Part shown: positions 28,573 to 36,141 of the stretch, one piece after another | Numbering within the stretch: position 1 is the first letter of the stretch | Layout of the letters: each line of letters starts with the position of its first letter | Assembly: GCA_963665815.1 (NCBI GenBank) | Contig: OY762463.1 | Coordinates: 3,872,001 to 3,936,000, forward strand | DNA: 64,000 bases | Origin: Candidatus Cloacimonadales bacterium | Lineage (GTDB): Bacteria; Cloacimonadota; Cloacimonadia; Cloacimonadales; JAIOQZ01 | Direction of reading: 5' to 3' | The notes under the pieces: generated by a model | The model's database searches: none | Told to the model about the DNA's origin: nothing | Seen by the model: the letters and a program-made list of their open reading frames with translations, nothing else | Translations under genes and position numbers: made by a program

Positions 28573-30135
28573 ATGAGTAAGGAAAAACTTAGCAGAAATA
28601 TTGGTTCAATGTCATTTGCAGTTTTGATCAGCAGGATATTCGGGTTGCTGAGAGATCAGATATTCGCATACTTCTTTGGTGCAACATTTGTAGCCGATGC
28701 TTTCAATACAGCTTTCAAAATCCCTAATCTCCTGAGAAGACTTTTCGGGGAAGGAGCTCTTGGGGCAGCATTTATACCGTTGTATCAGGAAATCGGTATT
28801 AAACACGGGAAAAAGGAGCAGATCCATTTTGCATTGAATTTGCTGACAATCCTATTATGCCTGCTTTCTTTCTTATGTGTCATAAGCCTTGCTTTGACTC
28901 CTTGGATCGTTAAAATCATTGCACCCGGATTCAATCAGGTAACGTATGAACTAACTGTAAAACTCACCAGAATTATGTTTCCTTTCCTCATACTGATCGG
29001 TTTTTCATCTATGCTCGTGTCAATTCTCAATTCACATAAATTGTTCTTTATACCTGCTCTGACCAGCTCATTCATGAATGTTGTGATGATAGCAGCAATG
29101 CTTTTACCCGGATTACTGATGACTAAGGATGTTTCAGAACTTTCTGTATGGCTTTCTATTGGTGTTCTGGTTGGAGGAATACTTCAGACGATTACTCTGT
29201 TCCCATTATTGAAGAAACTTGATTACAAGGTAAGTCCTGTATTTGATCTGAAATCGGAAGCTATAAGTAATCTGTGGAAAAAGTTCCTGCCTGGAGTTAT
29301 TGGGATTGCAGTGCGTCAGGTAAATCTGCTTGCGGATCAGATACTAGCTTCTTTGCTTGTTGTAGGCTCTATTTCTGCGCTTGGTTATGGTAACAGGTTG
29401 ATGCAGCTCCCATTCGGGATTATCGGTGTTTCTGCTGGTGCTGCTGTTATACCGTATTTTTCAGATTATGTTGCAAAGAAGGAATGGGGAAGTCTGAACT
29501 CGAAACTGAATTTTGCCTTGAAAACAATGCTGTTTTTCTCTATTCCGATTACACTTCTGATAGTTTTACTGGGAAAAGATATTATTCGCATACTCTTTAT
29601 GAGAGGAGCATTCGATTTAGCAGCGTTGGATATGAGTTATTCAGCTTTAGTATATTATAGCGTTGGTTTGATTTTTCTCTGTCTGAACAGGGTGATTATT
29701 CCTGTTTTCTATGCCCACAAAAACACTAAAACTCCTGTAAAAATATCAATCTATATTGTTTTTATCAATGTTGTGCTGAATATAATATTAATGCAGTTCA
29801 TGCAGCATAACGGGCTGGCTCTGGCAACATCTATTGCTGCTGTTTTACAGTTCTTTATTCTATTGAATGTATTGAATAAGGACTACGAAAAAGTTAAGGT
29901 CAGTATACTTGACATGGAATTGATCAGGTTTGTTATACTTAATATCATCGCTGGAATTCTTGTTAAATTTATCTATCTGTTTATGGGCAGTCAAACCATG
30001 CTCATGGCAATAGTTAGAATTGTATTGAGTGGTATTGTAACTTTGATTGTCTTTGGAGTAGGTGTACATTTATTGAGGATTCAATACGGAATTAGATTAT
30101 GGGAAAAAATAAGCAGAAAACTTCTGAGAAAATAA
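28573..30135 (+). CDS. murJ: Lipid II flippase MurJ (MviN)
   Basis: SRIFGLLRD, ADAFNTAFKIPNLLRRLFGEGALGAAFIP, RLMQLPFG, GLALATS. Confidence 0.95.
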   Translation: MSKEKLSRNIGSMSFAVLISRIFGLLRDQIFAYFFGATFVADAFNTAFKIPNLLRRLFGEGALGAAFIPLYQEIGIKHGKKEQIHFALNLLTILLCLLSFLCVISLALTPWIVKIIAPGFNQVTYELTVKLTRIMFPFLILIGFSSMLVSILNSHKLFFIPALTSSFMNVVMIAAMLLPGLLMTKDVSELSVWLSIGVLVGGILQTITLFPLLKKLDYKVSPVFDLKSEAISNLWKKFLPGVIGIAVRQVNLLADQILASLLVVGSISALGYGNRLMQLPFGIIGVSAGAAVIPYFSDYVAKKEWGSLNSKLNFALKTMLFFSIPITLLIVLLGKDIIRILFMRGAFDLAALDMSYSALVYYSVGLIFLCLNRVIIPVFYAHKNTKTPVKISIYIVFINVVLNIILMQFMQHNGLALATSIAAVLQFFILLNVLNKDYEKVKVSILDMELIRFVILNIIAGILVKFIYLFMGSQTMLMAIVRIVLSGIVTLIVFGVGVHLLRIQYGIRLWEKISRKLLRK

Positions 30136-31925
30136 GAGAGAAACTGAAACTCTTACCGGAGAAACCCGGTGTTTACAGGATGTATAATTCCAAAGGGAAG
30201 ATAATATACATAGGCAAGGCAATTGTCCTGAAGAACAGGGTGAGAAGCTATTTTTCGGGTTCATCACATGATCCCAAGACAGAAGAGCTTGTAAGTAATA
30301 TCAGAGATTTGGACTACATTATTACTGAAACAGAGTACGAAGCTCTGGTTCTGGAAGCAAATCTCATAAAGAAACATCGTCCCAAGTATAACATTATGCT
30401 TAAGGATGATCGTAAATATCCGTTTATCGCCATAACAATGAATGAACCGTTTCCAAGAGTATTTGTAACCCGTGATATTGGGAAAAAGGGTGTTAAGTAT
30501 TTCGGTCCTTATACTGAAGTAAGAGCTGTCAGGAGAATATTGCGTCGATTTGAGTGGATTTTCCCTACCAGAAATTGTACGAGAACAATCCCTGCTCATA
30601 AGATTATCCACGAAAAGCCTTGTATTAACTTTCAGCTTGGCAAGTGCCCTGCTCCCTGTGTTGGATATATTACTCAGGAGGAATATGGAAAGACAATCAG
30701 GAGCATATTCCGGTTTCTACAGGGACGTACCGACGAGATAATCGATACGTTTAAATCTGAAATGGAAGGTTATGCTGAGAATCTTGAGTTTGAAAAGGCT
30801 GCTAAGACCAGAGATATAATCAAGAATATTGAGTCTGTCACCAGAAATCAGCATGTACATTTTGCCGATCAGTCCAACAGGGATGTCATAGGAATATATA
30901 AAGATGCGGACAGAGCTGCCGTTAGTGTTCTGAAGATTCTGTCAGGGAAACTGATGAATAGAGAAATCTATGCTATGGATAATGTAGCCGGATCAGAATA
31001 TCCTGAGATCATGGAAGCTTTTGTTAAGCAGTATTATACAAACAAGTTGGATGACCTGCCATATAGGATTTTGTGTCAGTATGAACCGACTGATTTTGAG
31101 GCAATTAATGAAATGCTGAAGAATAAAGTTATTGTTCCGCAGAAGGGCGACAACAAACAGCTTATCGGATTGGCTAAGAAGAATGCATTTAACCATGTAG
31201 AAGAACTGAGATTACAGCACCTGAAGTCGAAAGAACGAGCAATTTTGCCTGTGCAGGAGCTTAAAGAAAAGTTGCAGTTAAATAAACTGCCCCGCAGGAT
31301 GATATGTATTGATATCTCAACAATTCAGGGAACAGATACAGTGTCGTCTCTGGTTTTCTTTGAGAATGGCAAGCCCAAAAAGAAGAATTACATGCACTTC
31401 ATAATGAAGACTGTAGAAGGACAGGATGACTTTGCTTCTATGCGGGAGACTTTAACGAGATATCTGGCAAAAATAGATAACTATGTCAAACCCGATCTGA
31501 TTGTGATAGATGGGGGAAAGGGACAGCTCAGCTCAGCCTTCAGTATTCTGCAGGAGTACAAGCAGGATGATATAGAGATGATTTCTCTGGCAAAGAGGAT
31601 TGAGGAAGTGTTTCTACCCGGACAGAAGACATCTATCCTGCTACCAAGGAATTCATCCGCTTTGAGACTACTCATTCACATTCGGGATGAGTCTCACAGG
31701 TTTGCAGTTACGTTCCATAGAAAGAGACGCTCGCACAGAACACTGATTAGTGATCTGGACAGAGTTAAGGGCATAGGTGAAAACAAAAAGTTCATGTTGT
31801 TGAAACAGTTTGGTTCTGTGGCTAATCTGCGAAAAGCCAGTGCTGAGGAGATTGCTGTCATGCCGGGAATTGGTATTAAAACAGCAGAATCTATTCTGGC
31901 GCAATTGAAGGAGATGGATAATTAA
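30099..31925 (+). CDS. uvrC: Excinuclease ABC subunit C
   Basis: LPEKPGVY..IIYIGKA..L.NRV.SYF (GIY-YIG), DIS, DDFASM, IDGGKGQL, IRDESHRFA, HhH. Confidence 0.97.
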   Translation: MGKNKQKTSEKIREKLKLLPEKPGVYRMYNSKGKIIYIGKAIVLKNRVRSYFSGSSHDPKTEELVSNIRDLDYIITETEYEALVLEANLIKKHRPKYNIMLKDDRKYPFIAITMNEPFPRVFVTRDIGKKGVKYFGPYTEVRAVRRILRRFEWIFPTRNCTRTIPAHKIIHEKPCINFQLGKCPAPCVGYITQEEYGKTIRSIFRFLQGRTDEIIDTFKSEMEGYAENLEFEKAAKTRDIIKNIESVTRNQHVHFADQSNRDVIGIYKDADRAAVSVLKILSGKLMNREIYAMDNVAGSEYPEIMEAFVKQYYTNKLDDLPYRILCQYEPTDFEAINEMLKNKVIVPQKGDNKQLIGLAKKNAFNHVEELRLQHLKSKERAILPVQELKEKLQLNKLPRRMICIDISTIQGTDTVSSLVFFENGKPKKKNYMHFIMKTVEGQDDFASMRETLTRYLAKIDNYVKPDLIVIDGGKGQLSSAFSILQEYKQDDIEMISLAKRIEEVFLPGQKTSILLPRNSSALRLLIHIRDESHRFAVTFHRKRRSHRTLISDLDRVKGIGENKKFMLLKQFGSVANLRKASAEEIAVMPGIGIKTAESILAQLKEMDN

Positions 31926-32132
31926 TTAAATTTATGTTGTAGAAAAAGTGTATATACAAAGTTAAAAAAATATTTTCTTTTTGAACTTATACCCTGTAGC
32001 TGTAGCCTCCTTTACTATAAACATTTATTTAATTTTCTTCATACAGACAAATAGTTAAATTTCAATTTGCATTTTGACAAATATATGGTAATTTATATAA
32101 AATGAATATAATTCAAAATTGTGGAGGTAATG

Positions 32133-32852
32133 ATGTCTGTTAAAAAAATATTAATCGTAACCATGATGCTTATTCTTACTTTTTCTTTTTTATTAGCGAG
32201 AGAGATAAAAGTTAGTTTAGCTCAGATGCCTGTATATGCCGAAAGTCGAGATAAAGGCGTTCTTGTTGACTTCGTAAAGGCTATGGATGAGAAGTCAGAC
32301 CATCAGTTTACAATAGAAGTTGTTCCATTTGCCAGGTCAATGAACTATGTGAAATCAGAGAAAGTTGATTTTCATATGCCTCTCATAAAGCTTCCTGATT
32401 CAGAAAAGCTCCAATTAGACTATGATCATTCAACCGCAACAATATTTCATGTAAACTTTGTTCTTTACACTAATAAAGAAAAGCCTTTGAACAAGAATAA
32501 GCTCGGGGATTACAAAATTGAAACTGACAGGGCGCATACAGCATATTTCGACTTTCCGATTACTCCTTCATCAGATTTATTAGCCAGTCTGAAGAGGCTT
32601 AATAGTGGCAGGATTGATGGAGTAATATTTGCAGATAATGCATGTGATCCAATAATAAAGACTGAGAAATTTGAAAATATCAGAAGAGAGCTGTATAAAA
32701 GATTTGATGTAAAGATTATTCTTCCCAAGGGTAATAGGGGAGGTGATATCGATAACATTCTGACAGATTTGATAGAGAAGCTGAAAGCAACAGGAGAGTT
32801 TGATAAAATTATGGGAGTAATAGACGCTCCTTACAATAACTGGCAACCATAA
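32133..32852 (+). CDS. Extracytoplasmic solute-binding protein (family 3-like)
   Basis: Signal peptide; GVLVDFVKAM, VPFARS, LKRLNSGRIDGVI; no partner transporter adjacent. Confidence 0.7.
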   Translation: MSVKKILIVTMMLILTFSFLLAREIKVSLAQMPVYAESRDKGVLVDFVKAMDEKSDHQFTIEVVPFARSMNYVKSEKVDFHMPLIKLPDSEKLQLDYDHSTATIFHVNFVLYTNKEKPLNKNKLGDYKIETDRAHTAYFDFPITPSSDLLASLKRLNSGRIDGVIFADNACDPIIKTEKFENIRRELYKRFDVKIILPKGNRGGDIDNILTDLIEKLKATGEFDKIMGVIDAPYNNWQP

Positions 32853-32874
32853 CCAAAACAAATAGATTCAGATT

Positions 32875-32914
32875 CCTCCCTAATGACAAATCAGTTATTA
32901 TGGGAGGTTTTTTT
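32875..32914 (+). terminator. Intrinsic terminator
   Basis: CCTCCC..GGGAGG plus T7. Confidence 0.65.
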
Positions 32915-32947
32915 GTCTGGTAGTTATCCATAGTTCATGGAGTTAAT

Positions 32948-33026
32948 CGGGACGTAGAGCAGTCCGGCTATCTTTCTCGAATGGGTTCGAGCGGTCGTCC
33001 CGAGTCAATCGGGATCATCCCGACCA
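32948..33026 (+). pseudogene. tRNA-Pro-like chimera 1 (T-arm replaced; D-stem substitution, one G lost from anticodon loop)
   Basis: CGGGACGTAGAGCAGTCCGGCTATCTTTCTCGAATGGGTTCGAGCGGTC-GTCCCGAGTCAATCGGGAT-CATCCCGACCA. Confidence 0.8.
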
Positions 33027-33215
33027 TATAAAAAAATATCATCCAATAATTATAGATAGTTTTCAAACACCTGCAAGTTCTAAAATGTATTTCCAACTTC
33101 TAATTAGTTCTGCAATTCAGGATAATCATATGCGAAAAAGCAATCCAGACTAATATGCTCCTCATATATAAAAAAAATTGTCAAAAAATTAGTGTTCTCA
33201 AAACATAGCTACAAT

Positions 33216-33295
33216 CGGGACGTAGAGCAGTCCGGCTAGCTTTCTCGAATGGGGTTCGAGCGGTCGTCCCGAGTCAATCGGGATCATCCCGACCA
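33216..33295 (+). pseudogene. tRNA-Pro-like chimera 2 (T-arm replaced)
   Basis: 5' portion identical to the tRNA-Pro at 33750; T-arm replaced by GTCCCGA-GTCAA-TCGGGAT; ends CATCCCGACCA. Confidence 0.8.
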
Positions 33296-33484
33296 TATAA
33301 AAAAATATCATCCAATAATTATAGATAGTTTTCAAGCACCTGCAAGTTCAATTATGTATTTCTGACTTCTAATTAGTTCTGCAATTCAGGATAATCATAT
33401 GCGAAAAAGCAATCCAGACTAATATGCTCCTCATATATAAAAAAACTTGTCAAAAAATTAATGTTCTCAAAACATAGCTGCAAT

Positions 33485-33564
33485 CGGGACGTAGAGCAGT
33501 CCGGCTAGCTTTCTCGAATGGGGTTCGAGCGGTCGTCCCGAGTCAATCGGGATCATCCCGACCA
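33485..33564 (+). pseudogene. tRNA-Pro-like chimera 3 (T-arm replaced)
   Basis: Identical to chimera 2. Confidence 0.8.
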
Positions 33565-33749
33565 TATAAAAAATCATCCAATTATTAATTAACATACTCA
33601 ACACCTGTAAGCTTAATAATTTATTTCGAACTTCTAATTAGTTCTGCAATTCAGGATAATCATATGCGAAAAAGCAATCCAGACTAATATGCTCCTCATA
33701 TATAAAAAAACTTGTCAAAAAATTAATGTTCTCAAAACATAGCTGCAAT

Positions 33750-33827
33750 CGGGACGTAGAGCAGTCCGGCTAGCTTTCTCGAATGGGGTTCGAGCGGTCG
33801 CAGGTTCAAATCCTGTCGTCCCGACCA
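33750..33827 (+). tRNA. tRNA-Pro(GGG)
   Basis: CGGGACG TA GAGC AGTCCGGCTA GCTT T CTCGA ATGGGGT TCGAG CGGTC GCAGG TTCAAAT CCTGT CGTCCCG A CCA; C1:G72, A73. Confidence 0.93.
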
Positions 33828-33847
33828 TTTTTTTTTCCGCTCCCAAA

Positions 33848-33882
33848 CGGTCGTCCCGAATCAATCGGGATCGTCTCGACCA
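33848..33882 (+). repeat. Isolated 3'-half copy of the variant tRNA end
   Basis: CGGTCGTCCCGAATCAATCGGGATCGTCTCGACCA. Confidence 0.8.
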
Positions 33883-34047
33883 TTATTAAATTAAGTATAT
33901 CCTTTGTATACACGGTTTTATGCGATACTAATATTGTTATAATTCAACATGAAAATAATGATCAGGTGTAAAAACGTGTGCATTATTTTCAATTTTTTTT
34001 CCTAATTGATAAATTATAGCCTGTTAAACTGCTCCCAGATAATTCCT

Positions 34048-36030
34048 TTATCTACTGGTTTCCTCCATTAAATCAGCCAGTCTCTCAACAGATGAAGGAA
34101 TACCGCCGGAACGCCTGTAGATGTATTTCAGGGTGTTACGGTCAATATTGTCATTCTTATATATGTCTTCCACCATTTCAGTTGTTTCTTTCTGAGTTAA
34201 GGGGCTGAGAATAATTCTAGAAACTGAAAAGCAGTCGAAATTAGAGAACAGTAAATCCAGAATTTCACCTTTCTCACTGGTACACACAATTTTAATTGGA
34301 TTTTTCATGTCAGGTTTCAGATGCGAAATAATATGCAGACTCTCAGCATCTATAAATTCTGCATTATCCAGAATAAACATGACAGGTCTGTCTTCAGTTA
34401 TTTTACAGGAGAAGTATTGGAAAGCTTCAGCAATTTCTTTTATCTCCTTAGCTGTTTTAGCAGGTTGATCTAAAGACGCATTTGGTTTGGCAATAGAGTA
34501 AATAATGTCCTCATGTCTGAAACCTTGCGAATCAAAATTACATAGTTTATTCCAGCTTCTTTTGAATTGTGCATATAGATCATCTTCTGGCTGTTCTCTC
34601 ACAATATGGAAATAGCTGTCCAGAATAAGTCTTAAAACATTATACGGTACAATTGTACTAAGTTCATTCAGATATATCTTTTCCATTCTGTAGTCTTCAA
34701 TACTCATAACAGATTCGCTTATCAATCGGCTTTTTCCTGCTCCTTTCACACCTTCAACAATGACAAGCTCATTATCAGAAGAGTCAAGCTGGCTTAATAT
34801 CTGATCTAACTCCTTTTTTCGTCCGATAAATTTGTAGTTATACTTAAGCATTGTATCTTGTATGTAGCCTTCCAGGTGGTGGACTTCTACAGGTTTCAGG
34901 AATCCTTTCAGATTCAGCTTTTTACCGCTTTCTACAAACTGAAACTGAGACTTGATATCTGAATACAGGAAGTGATCGGTAAGAATCTCACCTTTATCTG
35001 CATCCATCATCAGGCGTGCTGCAAGATTAACAGACTTCCCGAGAGAAGTATATTCCTTTATGTTTTTACCACCGGTATATCCTGAATAGGCGAAACCCGA
35101 TGCCAGTCCAATAGATACTTCGGGGACTTCTTCAATTATTTTGAGAGCAAATCTACTCATTTTATGTAGAATTCTTGCATCTGATTTGGGAGAACCAAAG
35201 ATTATCAATCCGATTACACCTTTATCTGTGGCATCAAGTTTGTTCATCAGTCCACCATAATGATCCAGCAGCTCATGGATAATCTTAACTGTATCCTCTA
35301 AATCTTTCATGGGTATTTTTTTGAGACTGATAAAACAATAGGCAGCATGACGAATTTCATTTTGTGGTTTTGTACGAATAAATCTCGGATGTAAAAACTT
35401 TTCCAGTGTTCTCTCGGAGTACATATACACAATTTCATGGGGTAAAGAAGAATAGCTTTGAGTAGAAAGGGTATAAACTTGATCTTTCTGTTCAAAATGC
35501 TCTATTCCAATAAAATTCGCTGCTGAAGCTGAAAATCCCACTTCGTTTTTATTGGATGAAATCTCAGCAAGCTCATTAATGATATCTCCAAAAAAGATAT
35601 ATTCGCATTGAAGATTGTTGCGGAATATTTTCCAGTGTATATTACCAAAGCAGACAGTAATACGTGCTTTGATGTCAAAATCTCCCAGACAGCAGGAGTA
35701 ATTGCTGTTGGATTTCAGCCTGGACTGGATGCTGCAGGCTGCACTTAGAATATTATCAGGGTTACATTCAGGGAATACGGCACAGAAAGCATCACCTGCA
35801 AAGACTGAGATAAATCCACCGTTACGCAGGATTATATCAATGGAATCCTCGAATGCCGCAGCAATATAATTACTCAGTTCCTGAGCCCCAAGATTGCTTT
35901 TATCCTGTAGGTAGTTGCCGGTTTTAGTGAAGTCTGCAATATCAAACAGGAGTATAAAGCCTTTGAGACAGCCGTTGAATTCGTTTTTTTCGTACTTGCT
36001 CAAGATGAATGGCGGTATATATCTGATCAT
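34048..36030 (-). CDS. Tandem class III adenylate/guanylate cyclase fused to a STAND/AAA NTPase (soluble-AC-like), no C-terminal TPR region
   Basis: LLFDIADFT and VFAGDAF metal-binding Asp motifs, DKG, GKSVNLAARLM; FIGRKKEL..GVKGAGKSRL; ILDNAEFID; RSGGIP. Confidence 0.85.
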   Translation of the reverse strand: MIRYIPPFILSKYEKNEFNGCLKGFILLFDIADFTKTGNYLQDKSNLGAQELSNYIAAAFEDSIDIILRNGGFISVFAGDAFCAVFPECNPDNILSAACSIQSRLKSNSNYSCCLGDFDIKARITVCFGNIHWKIFRNNLQCEYIFFGDIINELAEISSNKNEVGFSASAANFIGIEHFEQKDQVYTLSTQSYSSLPHEIVYMYSERTLEKFLHPRFIRTKPQNEIRHAAYCFISLKKIPMKDLEDTVKIIHELLDHYGGLMNKLDATDKGVIGLIIFGSPKSDARILHKMSRFALKIIEEVPEVSIGLASGFAYSGYTGGKNIKEYTSLGKSVNLAARLMMDADKGEILTDHFLYSDIKSQFQFVESGKKLNLKGFLKPVEVHHLEGYIQDTMLKYNYKFIGRKKELDQILSQLDSSDNELVIVEGVKGAGKSRLISESVMSIEDYRMEKIYLNELSTIVPYNVLRLILDSYFHIVREQPEDDLYAQFKRSWNKLCNFDSQGFRHEDIIYSIAKPNASLDQPAKTAKEIKEIAEAFQYFSCKITEDRPVMFILDNAEFIDAESLHIISHLKPDMKNPIKIVCTSEKGEILDLLFSNFDCFSVSRIILSPLTQKETTEMVEDIYKNDNIDRNTLKYIYRRSGGIPSSVERLADLMEETSR

Positions 36031-36141
36031 ATTTATTCCCTTAGCGCTTTATAAAATAATAATAGATTTTTTGCCCTGTGTCAAAGGAATAAAAAAGCGG
36101 AACAGGGTTTAAGTGTTCCGCAAAGTTTTGTAATAGAAAAT

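Larger units (their letters stand above)
32945..33882 (+). repeat. Tandem array of ~268-bp units, each with a tRNA-Pro-derived element
   Basis: tRNA-like starts at 32948, 33216, 33485, 33750 (periods 268, 269, 265); spacers share CTTCTAATTAGTTCTGCAATTCAGGATAATCATATGCGAAAAAGCAATCCAGACTAATATGCTCCTCATATAT. Confidence 0.95.

Noticed and set aside
30099..30135. 37-bp murJ/uvrC overlap
   Set aside because: Short operon overlap with no frameshift signal; uvrC start choice may explain it
33634..33699. 21-aa minus-strand ORF MRSILVWIAFSHMIILNCRTN in each spacer (type I toxin?)
   Set aside because: No RBS before the ATG; its conservation is explained by recent duplication
32945..33882. CRISPR array or prophage att site
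   Set aside because: Spacers are near-identical ~190-bp copies, the repeats are tRNA-derived, and there is no integrase or cas gene
33783..33971. 62-aa ORF from the track
   Set aside because: Starts inside tRNA-Pro; shadow ORF
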